In this document: positions 35,840 through 48,605 of the stretch, in pieces | Layout of the letters: every line of letters begins with the position of its first letter | How positions within the stretch are numbered: position 1 is the stretch's first letter | From: Macrostomum lignano | Lineage: Eukaryota | Length of the DNA stretch: 64,000 nucleotides | Direction: 5' to 3' | Assembly (NCBI GenBank): GCA_002269645.1 | Contig: NIVC01002406.1 | Span: 1 to 64,000, forward strand | The notes under the pieces: generated by a model | Told to the model about the DNA's origin: nothing | What the model saw: only the letters and a program-made list of their open reading frames with translations | The model's database searches: none | Made by a program: the position numbers and the translations under genes

Positions 35840-36400
35840 GTGTGGCATCTGACCTTGAGTCAGGCCACTGTTGCCTGACAGGATTGCCTTATTTGGAAGT
35901 TGGCCTTGAATCACGCCTCTAGCATGACTCTGAGGTCCAAATAAGGAAGTTTCACGCGCTCACCGCATGAAACTCACTTGATTTTTGGGGGTCCGCTCGG
36001 CTATAAATACGGAGCACCTGGGAGCTGTTTTTCAGAACTGCGTCCGAAGTTTCCTCCCTGCCTCCACCTGCAAGAAGCTCCCCTCTCTCAGTTCAGGCTT
36101 ACAAGTTTTCAGGTTCGAGCAGCAATTTAAGGAACAATTCCGAACAACTGTCGAGACATTTTCAGATTTGCCTTGCTCTGAGCAACTTTGTTATTTATTT
36201 CAGGTTACGGATAGACAACTTTTCCGACGAGTCGAGTCCAACAACCAAGGTGGCAGCAACCCTACCAAGTCTAAGGATAACGTTTTAGGTTCTTCTCAGG
36301 CAAATAGAGAATGGTCAAGGAAGGCAGACTGAAACGCGTCGCAATAAATGTTGATTTTTAGTTTTTGGTTTCTCTTATGGATTAGGCGAAGTCAAGTCCT
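35840..36400 (+). mobile_element. Possible LTR-like fragment
   Basis: GC-richer island with CTATAAATAC at 36001 and AATAAA at 36343; no clear ends or TSD. Confidence 0.25.
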
Positions 36401-36495
36401 AGAAATACTCGTAATTTTCTCATTAGCTAATAGAGTTCTTAAGTTTAAGATAAATGAAAAAATTATTAAGCTATTAATTTAACTTCAATTCGCAC

Positions 36496-37445
36496 CTGTG
36501 TTCGACAACAATAAAACGACCGCAGGCGCCGTAATACCGCGGAAAAGGCCATCCCTTCTCGCTGGTGAAAGTCATGAGCAATAGTGGCTCTGGATTAACA
36601 AGAGCAGTGAATAGCAGAGACATTTCTTCGTTGCGTAGCAGCCGCTTGGGTTTTTCCGGATCCCGGAGACGAAATGCTTCTTTCACAGCATCTAGTAGTC
36701 GCTGACTTGGGCACCTAAATATTAAGTATTTGCTTGATGAGGTAAAAAATTTTTCAGTTCTTTATCAAAAACAACCCCTTAGTTTGACAAAAAACTGCAA
36801 AACAAGCTAAAAAATAACAGTTTACCGAAAAAAATCGTTTTCACCTCGAACGTCGTACAGGGTGAGCGTGTCCTCACCCAGTGACAGCCGCTTCCATAAA
36901 GCGTCGCGCATATTGCAACGATGCGATTCTTGTAGATCAGTGCTCTTGCACAAGCCGCGCTGCACTCTTTCTAGCTGTTCAGGCGTAGCCAGGCTTTTGA
37001 TTACTACAGGCGCGCCTTTGTAGCGGCCTTGACGGCCCTCGAACACATGCTTGCTAGGATTCAGCTGGTGAGCGATAGGATATTGGTAAGCCCCAGTGAA
37101 GGTAACCTCAGAGTTAGTAAAATGATAGCAGAAATCATTTCCGTAACAAGCTGGGCAGGTTTCCATCCGAAGGAAGTAAACGTCCTCTGTATGAGGCGTA
37201 ACAAGGGCATACCTGATCAGGTGCCAATAAAAGGCAAAGGACAACATTACACTAAGCAGCAGAACGCAACCGCCTTTAAAGCCAAGCCGGCGAATCCGAG
37301 TGCCTGCATCCAGCATGGCATCCTCAAAGTGACGCAGGGAAGCCGGCGTTCCTGTCAAATCTTGCGGTTTCGGATTGCCGTCTGCTGCTTCGTCGATTGT
37401 GTCTGAATCAGTCCTCTGAGCGGCCTGGCGTCGGGTAACATTCAT
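36496..37445 (-). CDS. DIPK2A: DIPK2A exons 1-2 (37445-36826, 36714-36496); with exon 3 gives 437 aa
   Basis: Type II membrane anchor, ETCPACYGNDFC, RCPSQRLLD, VNPEPLLL..GWPFPRYYGACGRFIVVE; GT-AG introns, total 1314 nt in frame. Confidence 0.92.
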
Positions 37446-37953
37446 ATTCGGTTATGTTTACGATTATGTGGATTCTTCTTTACTTTCTCGAAACATGCAA
37501 TATACAATGGGATAAGAAGCTTTAACAGCGTTAAAAGCGCTTCGTTAATGTGGCATTCTTGGTAATTATTAAAAAATTAGCCACCACATTTTATTAGAAA
37601 GAACGACAACATGTCAAGGCAATATTATTAAAAACTGTGCCAACAAGTTACTTTTACCGGTAGACATTTTATTCCGCGTCGAGTGTATTGCGTAGACCCA
37701 CAAGACTTCTCAATATAGAGAAACTCATGACCATTGAATGAATGGGAGCAAATTAATATTATGTCCATGTTATAGAGCAATAAGTATAACATTAGTACAG
37801 ATTAATCACTTAATTAAGTCATTTGCCATGTCCGATCAAAAAAGTACACATACAAATACAAATATACGAGGTACAAATAAGGACAATATTAGCAAAGATA
37901 AAAGTCTAAGTGACCCATTTTCGAATACAGAATACTACCCAGAGGGTTGGAAA

Positions 37954-40785
37954 TCAGGACACACAAGCATGCAATGATACAATCTGGTTGGCATTGGCAA
38001 TCATATTCTCGCACTTCCGTCTCAGAGGCCGGATCTGCTGATCCAGCCACTCCTCAGAGCCTGCGGGAAGCAGCACGGAGTCGCAGGCGGCTTTAAAGGC
38101 AGCTTCTCCTGCGCTAAGCTCATGCCTATACCGATCAACTTGGCTGGAGATTTTCTCAACAACGGCAGGGCTGCTCAATAGGCGGCTAGTGTGGCGTGCT
38201 GACATCCAGCCCTGAACCCAGTCTGAGTTAAGGAACGTAACAAACTCGTTGCGTAGCGCTTGGAGCTTGTAAACGCACACATAGACCCGCCAGCCGGGAA
38301 ATGAGAGCTCGTTAGTTGGTGGCAAGTTTCTGAGAGGATAGTGGATAGTGCATAGTGGTGAGCAAGATAATATCATGAAGAAATCTACGCAAAACCAGAA
38401 GTTATTGTTACGGAAACAGAGTTTTATTTACGAGAGCATTAAAAAATAAATACGCAATTAAATGCTTATACGCTTGTACATGGGTGGTTTAGAAGTGTGC
38501 GAAACAAGCCAAATATCATATCCTGGGGAAAAGAGAATTTTCAGCAAACTAACATGTAAATTTTCTTAACGGATCCCCTTTTCACACCTGCTGGTCAAAT
38601 AGGAGAATTCATCAGGACCATCAAAGAATCTATTAAAGTGCCACTAAGGTCAGGGGCAAGCTGCAGTAGAGAGATAAAACTTACTGTACAAACGGATTCC
38701 ATGGTAGCAGATCTGGAAAGCCCATCTGCCTTGACAGTTTGGTGTGAATGTCCACTGTGAAACCGAATTCACGCACCGTAACCAAGCAAGTAAGCAATAC
38801 TGGAACTGACACTGGAAGCAATTCGCACAAGCATGCCATGTGATCGTACCGTTGCCAGCCTGTGAGTACAAATCCGGCAAGTTGTTTACAGTTTGCACTT
38901 GCCTGCTGATAATCGCGCATCACCCCTAGCCAGGCCTGCGTGTTTTCTGAATGATGGTAGAGCGGTGTGATCTGGAAAAAATAGAGCTCATGTTAAATTG
39001 TACCACTGAACATTTGGAAACCAATAGAACCAAAAAGCTAGAAGCTGCAACTGTAAATGTGTAACTTACACGATGGCTATGTAAGTTAGTGTACCACATG
39101 CAGTTAGTACAGTAGAAAACGCTACCAAGTAAAGAAACCCGTTCATCTTTGGTATACGGTTTATACTCTTCAATAAAACTTATTCAATTTGGTATTCGAT
39201 TATAAAGCGAAATAGTTTAGCAATGAACACGATTTGCTTCTTAAACAGGTTAGTAAAATGACTAAGAAAGTAGGCAGGGGAAACCATGGGTACGACTGCA
39301 TAGATACACACTATAGCTAAAAGCCAGATAAGATTAGAGTTTTAAGGCAAAATTAGGCGCATTTATTCAAAATCAAATCTATTTATTTTTACCTGACAAT
39401 TAGCTACTACAGAGCCCCGAAACGAGCCGGCAAACCATACTTGATCTGGTGGGAAGACACTCGCTAGTTTGTTGAAATACTCCGACTTCAACTGAAACTG
39501 ACTTGCGTAATGCCATACCATAGGTTGCGCCAGACTGGACAGCTTGCTAGCACGAATAAGCTCCGGGTCTACTTGACGTAACATGTCGTCCCACAGGATT
39601 GGCTGGAGAGAATGCTTAGGGACTATATGATTAGCAACGCGGGTCACATGGCTCAAAAAAAGTTGATGCTCCGTCTGGCCACTTGCGCGGCAATTTGGAC
39701 ATCGACGAAGAAAGTAAACTTCGTCAGCACCAATATGGAAGTAACGCAGCAGATGGCTCTTAGAGCCTAGGCAAGCTTGGTGCAGTGCAACCACCTCGTC
39801 AATCATTGATAGCACAAGATCCACGGCTTCTGAAAGGAGTATAAATATTTTACATAGATATATAGTTGTAGTCATCCATCAAAATAAGTCAGATTGCCTA
39901 TACGTATCGTATATGTAAAATACGAATTACAGACCCGTTCATACGAAAGCAAAGTGCTTACCTTGAAGCATCGGACAAATATTGTTAGGATACTGGGCAC
40001 ACTCCCGCAAATGAAAATACTTCTCGTGTTTTAGGGCGTACTGGAAATTGAAAAGCAAATTTATTGATAGGTTTAATACTCTTACTGTATCAAGCAATAT
40101 ATATGAATTAACTAAGACTTACTTCCAAGTGACCGAAACACTGCACTAAGGGAACGACTGCAAAATCCAATTCACTGCACAGCTGCAGCAAACTGCGGAT
40201 GTCCGACTCCCTATTTTGCGAAAACAGTTGATATTCAGGTTGTTGTGAAGTAGAAAAATTAGTAGAAAAATTGCGAATGGAATGAGAACAAAAAATAAAA
40301 GCCAAGTCCAAACCTGTAGTAAGCAGATTTATTTACTAAGAGCGATAGATCTTCCCCGAAAGGAAAAGTATCCTCGTACTCAATTAGAAGACCAGTGCAT
40401 CCACACGACTTTAACAGAGGCAGTAGCTAAAAATTGGGTGACAGCATTAGTCGATTATATAGGCAAAAAACGTGGAAATAAATTTTAAACAATTATTTGC
40501 ATGCTATTAAATATTTTAAAAAGCGATTTAATACCTCCTGCAGGTACTGAATGGTTGGCGGCGCCCCCTTCAAGTCCAGATGTACTAATCTGAAATGAAA
40601 AATCGAAATAGCATTTTAGTATAGTTAGTTACATTTGGGATTCGTGTAGTGCAGAGACAGCATATTTCTAAATATGGTTTTAAACCTAGTTTACATTATT
40701 AAAAACGATATTATGCATAAAAAATCTGCTTTAAAGCCAATTATTTAATTTTATTCTAAGCTTACCTGTGCTCCAAAACCGCCAT
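37954..40785 (-). CDS. HEXD: Hexosaminidase D (GH20 family), 8 coding exons, 484 aa
   Basis: Exons 40785-40766, 40589-40535, 40426-40314, 40210-40123, 40040-39962, 39829-39393, 38971-38685, 38329-37954 (1455 nt, all GT-AG, phases consistent). MAVLEHRLVHLDLKGAPP, LLIEYEDTFPF, PLVQCFGHLE, FHIGADEV (catalytic DE), ILWDDMLR, TGWQRYDH, CELLP. Confidence 0.95.
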
Positions 40786-41068
40786 ACAAAGTGCGAGTGT
40801 GCTCCGAGATCCCGAAATGCGAAAAAATTATCAAGACAACAATCTGAAGGAAAAAGCACAAAAACTTTGTTACATACAGCCAAAGATCCTACATAAACAA
40901 GATGGACCACTTATTAACCACTTATGTGGCCATATAAGTATAAGCTAATGTGAAAAATGCTGCAACTCGCGACAGCATGACAATTAACTTACTGTACTCA
41001 ATTTCATCAGTAGTCTCTGCAGTGCATGCACCTTTCTTTACTTTCAAATTCTAAAAAAATAGTGTTTA

Positions 41069-41766
41069 CTAGCAATCCAGCCCGTTCGGGGAGTGCAAAA
41101 AGGAAAATGAAAATATTGCTAATATATTAAAGAATATACCCATGCGATGCTTCCAGTAAGCCTTGGCATCTCAGCGATTCCCCCCAGCTGTAAGCCTTGA
41201 CAATAACATCTTAGCAATGCTCCCAGTAAGCCTTGACATCTCAACAATCCCACAAGCCTTGACATATTGGAAATTCCCCATAAGCCTTGACATCCCAGCA
41301 ATTCCCCATAAGCCTTGACAGCTTAGCAATTCCCCATTAAGCCTTGACATCTCAGCAATTCCCTCTTAAACCTAGCACAATGTCGTTGAGGCATTTCTGT
41401 TCAAGTGATTATGCACTTTAGTAACACCGACTTTAATTCAAACAATCAGTTCCGGATTCAAACAATTCAAGTTGAAGACAAAGATATTCATAAATTTTAC
41501 AATTTAATAAGCTAGGTATAGCTATTTATAACTCATAGCATCAGCTCAAGAATTGAAGTTTAGTCTATGGCCCTAGACGTATTGAGCTCTCACTGCAAGA
41601 AAAATACACTAATTAGACAGGGAGAATACAGTTTTTCGAATATTTAATCCCTTTAGCATTGAGCAATTTCTTAGCCACGACCCATGTACCGTCATGGAGA
41701 AATTTCTGATCGAATGGTGCAAGTTTGTTGGAAATCGGTTGAGCCGTTTTTTCTATTATCTATCGC

Positions 41767-41803
<37 letters not shown>

Positions 41804-41828
41804 GACAGCTTAGATTTAGATATATAGA
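41069..41828 (-). mobile_element. Complete 760-bp non-autonomous Helitron, same family as 29502-35816, with an internal about 29-bp tandem repeat
   Basis: A|TCTATATATCTAAATC + (TGTC)n at the 5' end (41828-41767); CCCGAACGGG hairpin + CTAG|T at 41069; internal TAAGCCTTGACATCTCAGCAATTCCCC repeats at 41155-41370. Confidence 0.85.
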
Positions 41829-44455
41829 TGTCCCTAAGCTACTGAACTCAAAATTTAAGCAACCTTCGTCGACTTTTTTCGCATAAGTGACGAAAAACAG
41901 CGGTCGCACTTTCCCTATTGCCGCAATACAAAGTGACCTATCTAGGGAATATAAGATCTAGCTGCAGTAGAAAGATGTGATTAGATACTCGTAGACACTC
42001 TTGCCTCGAGGCATTCTATACTGGACTACTCGTAAAGATCCAGCTTCATGGGTACGTCTAGAATAGCGTTTTTACGCCCTATTTAACTAACATATTTAAG
42101 TACCACAGCTACATAACTACTTTGCTGTGAAAGAAAACAATACGGGTCTACGACGATATCAAAGTCAGAGAGCTAAAAAAGCGCTCAACGTGTATTTATG
42201 AGAGCTACGCAAAAATTTCGAGCGAGTCACAGCAAAGAACAACAAGAATTATCCTGAACTATGCGCTCGTAGGTTTCAATAAAACTGTCATGTTAATATA
42301 ACCACAGAAAATTTGAAGCAACTAAGATATTTTTAAAACTATACATCAAAATTTTATACGACCAATGCATAAGGTTTATTATAAACAAACAGTATGACTA
42401 AATTTTTAGAACAAAAAGAGCCACAACTGAGTCAAGCAAAAGCAAAGCACCAAAAATTTAAATTGAAGTAACAAGTGGCAAACAACATAATCTTTGGCAA
42501 AGAGATTAGGAATAAAAACGATGCGAGACGGAATTTATCCTCAAGTTTGATTAGGGCCGATACTTTATTAAAATCGAGTACTCTAAACGATTTCAAAACG
42601 AAAAATATTAATAATTCTATTATAGCAAAAAATATCGTGTACCACAGGGAAAGGAGCTGACCGTAAATTGCAAAACGAGTTACCAATCGGAAACAATTTC
42701 GATCACAAAAGCTAACAGGTAACAAACACAGGAATATATTATGCTCTTTGCTACCACGCAAATTTTAAAAGGAAAAATCTTGATTGAAGCCAAAAAGTAT
42801 ATGGTAATGAATTTTAAATTAAAATATTGCTGTGGAGCCTTCTGACAATAGATAATGGAATTTTTATATGAAATATTTGGTCTGACTTGTCCGAGCTACT
42901 ATACAGGGAAGACTAACAGTTAAGAATGTTGCAGAGTAAACCTGCAAATGAAAGAAAAACAAAGAGAAAACTTAAACTGACGCACGGAAAAGCATGTTTG
43001 CGGCAATTAGAAAATGAATACTAAATTACAATCAGTAGACAATAAGTTCATGGATGACGCTTTTCTTGTATCTAATGATTGGACCACAGCCAAGGATATT
43101 AAGTGCTTATTGTGTAGGGCAATGAATAAAACACTTAAATAAAACCAACTACAGAAAGAGCTACAACCAATGACGAAATAACACCAAAACACAGCACAAG
43201 CAGCTGTTATAATTATACTTTAAGTACAAGTTTGAGTATAAGTAAAAGTACAAGTATTTTGATATGCGCTCTTATTGAGCCTTAACAGATAACTGTCACT
43301 TCTGATTCTACTAATCAGATAAAAAACATAAACTAAACTAAAGATCAGTGATTCCGGCGCCTCAGCCATTGAACAGGCTCTTACGCCACTAGAGATAATT
43401 AGAGTTAATGCACACTAATGCACACTTGGAGCCAAGTTTGACTAGAGGACTGTACAAGGCAGTATCAGAAAAACCAAACCTCCCCGGGGGACAGTAGCGG
43501 TTCGACGAACCAGTCAGGAGCCCGTGCCCAAAAACCAGGTTAGATAGACCCCTTAGCCTATTAGGAAAGGCCCGAAGGCCAAGAGCCGTGGCATCCATGC
43601 TGGGGCCGACCGCCCCTCTACCCCCGGGTACTAATCATAAACCTCCCCGAGGCCAGTGGGGTTGAGAGAACCAATCAGGGAAGCCCGTGCCTTCTCCTGG
43701 GTTAGAAAAGCCAAAAAACCGGTCAATTGACCGCCCCCACGGCCGTGGCAACCCGAAGGAGCCTCCCCCCCCCAACTAAGCCCCGGGTACTCTTGCCAGA
43801 CAGTCTCTTATCTTTGAAGCGGCAGGAGGGCTATTCGCCGGGACTATTTCACCCTTTGCTTCGCCAACCCGCCATTTCTATAGTGACCGTGCCAACGGTC
43901 TCGTCCTGCTCAGACTCAGTCCTGGTTCTGGCACACTCCAGCTTTAATAGGGTCGCTGACTGTACGCTCAGAGGGCGCATGAGGGATACCGTCAGAGCAC
44001 CTTGGTACAGGTATAGGCCTGCCTTCCTATACTCGTACAGCTACCCACAGCCCTTCCCGATCCACTATTACCCTCCAACCCAGCCTACTCACTCATTACA
44101 AGCTTTCAGCCAGGCAGAGACAAGTTTCACGGGGGTACTGCGGTTAGGCGTCTCTATGCGAGACAAAACCAGATAAAAAACATAGATAATTTACTCTTAA
44201 GTTAATTTAAAACCGTTCAATGCGAGTTAGTAGCACAAGTTAAAGCTTATGTTGATCATATAGACAGTTGCATTTAAATTCTAACAAGAACTAAAAACAA
44301 TAACTAGATACAACCTACCTTAACAGGGGAATTAAATACTCGTACAAAATTTAATAATGTCTGTTGTGCCCCTTTCAACGAAATCAAGTTGTCAGTCTTT
44401 CAGCATTAAGATATTTAACGTACAAGAATACCACTACCAGGGTTGTAGCCGAGTA

Positions 44456-44766
44456 GGGGGTTGCAGCCTAGTAGTTAGTGTCGGACGCACGACTTGAAGG
44501 TCGGGGGTTCGATTCCTGATCTCACTGGAAAAATTGTGTCCTTGAACAAGACACTTACTCTGCATTGCTTCAGTTCACCCAGCTGAAAAATAGGTACCAA
44601 GCATTAGCTGGGGTAATTGAGGGTGTGCGTGGCGACCCCCCCAGTCCTTGGACTGAGCTGCCGTACGCAGCCTTCACTAGTACATCGGGCCAGGCTGAGC
44701 TGTCGGTTGCACATCTGGCCCGTTTGGGGCAGGCGTAAGAAATTATTACTATTATTATCATTATTA
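44456..44766 (+). mobile_element. tRNA-headed SINE with Deu/Nin-like central domain and (ATT)n tail
   Basis: B-box GGTTCGATTCC 44506-44516; GTGTCCTTGAACAAGACACTTA..TTGCTTCAGTTCACCCAGCTG..GGTACC central block; ATT-repeat tail. Confidence 0.75.
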
Positions 44767-45316
44767 ATGTATACAATGTATGGTTAAAAATAGTTTAGAA
44801 GGCTTTGTAGCTTCACTTTTAATGGCATGTACATACATTTAACTAAGAACAAAAGTAAGAGGCAACTGCAACCACAGGGAAATCAAATAACTCTGCTCAT
44901 TCAGCAGTAATCCACGACCCTGGCCTACATAGCCTTTCATAAAAATGGGAACTAATGGCGTTTTGCTTTGCAACAAACAATTATTGCTATGTGCATTAAT
45001 GCCCCTCGCCTAAAAAGAAGAGCGTAAATCTGTTCTTAGCAATCTCAGCAATGAAAATCAATGAGCTAATGGCATTTTAATGGAAGTACGACAAGGATTG
45101 TAAGTTTATGGAATATTAGAGTAAAAGGATAAAACTATGCGATAATAATTGAAACGAAGTAATTCGCTAATAAGTTGATTAGTGGGCGAGAGCTTAATGT
45201 ACGAAAAGTCTGCAATTACCGGATAACTAACAATATTGTTTCGAAATCCCACTGGCTTAATCTGGATAAAAAACGCAGAATATCCGTCAACTTAGCAAAC
45301 CTAAAGATAAAAGTAA

Positions 45317-48300
45317 CTATTCTGCCTGCGCTTCTGATGCAGTGTGTTGTCGCTGCTGGCGGGAAGAGCTAGTGTGCAACAGCGGATCACAGCTAGCGTC
45401 ATCCTCTTCTTCCGAATTACTGGACGCAAGCGGTACCTGCTGTTGTTGGCTTCCACTTTTGTTCAACTCGCTCTGGTGCATGCCATAGCCAAAGTAGATA
45501 ACAAAGCCTGCAAAACATGGCATCATGAAGGGAAGAAAATGTAGGGTGTTTCATTCTGAACTTCAAGCTTAATCTATTTTTTCATAAACTACAGGAGTTA
45601 TTCTTTGATTGTCTAAAAAAACCTCTTTAACATTCGGGGCGAGTAGATGGATAGCTACTCTGTAAATTTGTTGTGTTTTATAACTGCGATCCATTTATGG
45701 CTTTTTGGATACCAAAACATGTATATTGGTAATTTTTTCTTAAAAAGAAAGACGGATTTTTTCGCTATGAAGTTACGATCCCCACTATTGACACTTAATA
45801 CTCTTAAACTCTTAAAAATCAGTCAATAACACCAATACAACACCAACACAATGTCAACAACATTAACAAAAAACAATGGAAACTTAGTGCACGATATGGG
45901 TGTTCATATAAGTCCATTCTGGCACATCGGAAATACACTAACCACAGTGCCAATAAAACATTTGAAAATAAAATGACAAAATTCCTTACCAACAGCAAGC
46001 CACACAGCAAAGCGGATCCATGTGATGCGCGACAAACGAACCATAAGAAATACATTGACGGCCACGGTAGCTGTTGGCAACAGGGGCACTAAAGGTACGC
46101 GGAAGTGAAGTCTCCTGGTAATTACGTTCTCCTGCGGCTGCAAGAAGATAACGACTAAGCAAACAACCCAGCCAAGGGCCATAAGGCCGGAGGCTACATA
46201 CAGAAATTTTGCCGACCCTGGTTGAATAGATTCGGACTCTGCAAGAGTGAGCGAGCATGATGCAACGATTGCCTGAAGCCACATAAGCACAGTCATGACA
46301 ATGACCAGGCGGTAGCTGCTGCTAGTTGACATTGGCCGACGCCGAAAGCCACACAAATTCAATGCGTGCTGACGCGACCGCTGTTGTTTCTTTCGATGCT
46401 GTTGGTTTTGCCGCTTTTGCTTTCTTCGCTGCTGCTGATTCGCATCGCCGTTCTTGGAAATAGCCTCCTCTTCATTGGCAGATTCATCGGAGGTTTCAGC
46501 AGCATTACAATTCTGTGCGTCCGATGTATTCTGCTGTTGCAAACTATCGCCCATTGACCTTAATGGCACAGTCTCCTCTCTGTCGTCACCGACAGAAGCA
46601 CCACAGGGGGCTTCTTCGTCTTCCTGGCTACCGCAGCACTCGCTTTCATCAGTGTCTAATAGCAGGTCAGCGTCAGCCCACGGGGTAGGCTGATAGCGCA
46701 GTAGCAGTACACAGGTGCAAACTAGGGAATAGGCAAGCAGGGTTCCAATGCTCATCATTTCAACCAGCTCGGTGAGGTCAATCAGCACGGCAAAGACAGC
46801 TGTGATTAAGCCAGGTACTACTGTCGCAATTAGAGGCGTCTCCGTGCGAGAGTTAACTCGACAGAAAAAGCGAAAAAGCAGGCCATCGCAGGCCATAGCG
46901 TAGATAATGCGTGGTAGTGGAAACTGCGAACCGAGAAGAGCTGCGCACAGACCAGAGACGGCTCCGAAACCGACCACCCACCTGCACCGGGTTGAGTAAA
47001 TATAAATGAGAACAGAGAATAAAAGCTAAACTGTTAAATACTAAGCTGTTTTACAGGGTAGCTCAGTGGTGCAGCTATGACTAGCCACATCTATTTGGGG
47101 CTTGTGCACGAAAATAAGCTGGATTAGCCAGGGGTGTCATTCAAGTCACACCAATGAGGGCCAGCCCCAAGGCACAGAGTGTACATGCCTGACGAGTGAC
47201 GATTAAAAAAACAGGGCCGCTTTACAAACTGTGTGAGCGTGTGCACCAGTACCTGCCTGCGTACAGTATCTATGCCTGTATCAGAGATGAGTCAGTCGAT
47301 GGAATGGGCAGAATTGTCTCACAGCTGCCGTGGGAAGGGGGACGATGTCGCCGAAGGCGTTGCACCAGGGTTACCCGCAATGCCGAGAAGATGGATCCTA
47401 TCTTACTTAGTGCAACCCATTAGTGCTAACAAAACCATTAATGTAATATGAGTAAGTATAGCTTCTACTAGAAGTAATGTCTGAGGATCATAAACTAGAT
47501 TTTACTGCAATTATATCCACAAAGTTATTAAACAGAAAATAACGTCAAAATTGGCTCAATATCTTTTCAGGTGTCAGACTACAATACTGCTTGTAAAACA
47601 GACTAGTGACAACAATGACCATTTTCGTTTTCGATAACTTAGATACAAGCGTAGAAAGCTGACTCACCTAGCCCAGTGAAATCCATGAAGATCCAATGAC
47701 TCTATAAGTGGTGTTTGTGAGTGAATGGAACGGAATGGCAGCAGCATGGTGAGAACAGCAGAGACACCAACATATAATGCCCAGCAGATAAGCAGGCTGA
47801 CAGTCACTGCGGTAGGGATGGACTTCTCGGCAGAGCGAGCCTCTTCGCCAGTAGTGGCGAGAATGTCGAATCCCACAAAAGCGTAGAAACAGGAAGCAGC
47901 ACCAGACACAACACCGTGAAATCCGGCGGGCGCAAAGCCACCATTCTCAGCCCAGATGCTGGCGTCTGCTTTCAGAGAACCTACCACAATCACAAGGAGG
48001 GCGATACCACCGTTAAGAAAGTTAAAGACAATAGACCATTGAGCGCTCTCTTTGACGCCTAGAGCCAGCACAGCTGTGACCACCAGGGAAACAGCTCCAG
48101 ACAGCAGATCTGGATAGGTATTTACATGCGGTAACACGCCGAAAGTCTCCCGGCTGTGGTTACTGATCCAGTAACCAGTCATGTAGTCAATACTGGCACT
48201 AAGTGCCCTGGCATCAGCGGCAGTACCAATCATGTACTCGAGTATTAGGTTCCAGCCTATGACATAAGCTATTAACTCGCCAACTGTGTGATAGCTGTAG

Positions 48301-48605
48301 GCATATGCAGAACCAGTAGTATTGGGCACCCGACTGCCAAATTCCGCATAGCAAAGACCAGACATTAGGCTAGCAATACCAGCTATTGTAAACGAAAGCA
48401 CTACAGCTGGACCAGCAACATTAAGTGCCACATGACCAGACACGACATATATTCCAGCGCCAAGTATGGAGCCAATCGCCAGGTGAGTGAGATCAAAAGT
48501 GGTCAAACACTTGTCTAGTTCTGTGCCATCCTGTCCCACAGGAGACGGCTTTTTAGTGCGCAAAAAAGTACGTTTTAGTATAGAGCCAGTCTCTCTTAAA
48601 CCCAT
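45317..48605 (-). CDS. SLC7A14: Cationic amino acid transporter family (APC), SLC7A14-like; 3 exons, 706 aa
   Basis: Exons 48605-47668, 46981-45990, 45507-45317 (2121 nt in frame). GSILGAGIYV, GLCYAEFGSRVPNTTGSAYAYSY..GWNLILEY, CFYAFVGFD, PRIIYAMACDGLLF, MMSIGTLLAY, FRVPLVPLLP, WIRFAVW; long cytosolic loop. Ortholog assignment among CATs is by recalled motif similarity. Confidence 0.9.
47056..47450 (+). mobile_element. Possible degenerate SINE in SLC7 intron 1
   Basis: A-box-like TAGCTCAGTGG near 47060; only a weak B-box; GC-richer than flanks. Confidence 0.3.

Noticed and set aside
42432-43192. Hydrophobic minus-strand ORFs between SLC7A14-like and HEXD as a fifth gene
   Set aside because: AT-rich, no family motif, no coherent exon chain; more likely UTR or intron sequence of HEXD.
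44060-44130. Minus-strand GAAAC-TT-GTC...CTGAAAG hammerhead-like stretch and a WRVIVDREGLW peptide resembling LINE ORF2
   Set aside because: Core lacks G8/A9 and stem I; the peptide is flanked by stops with no further LINE homology, so probably chance.
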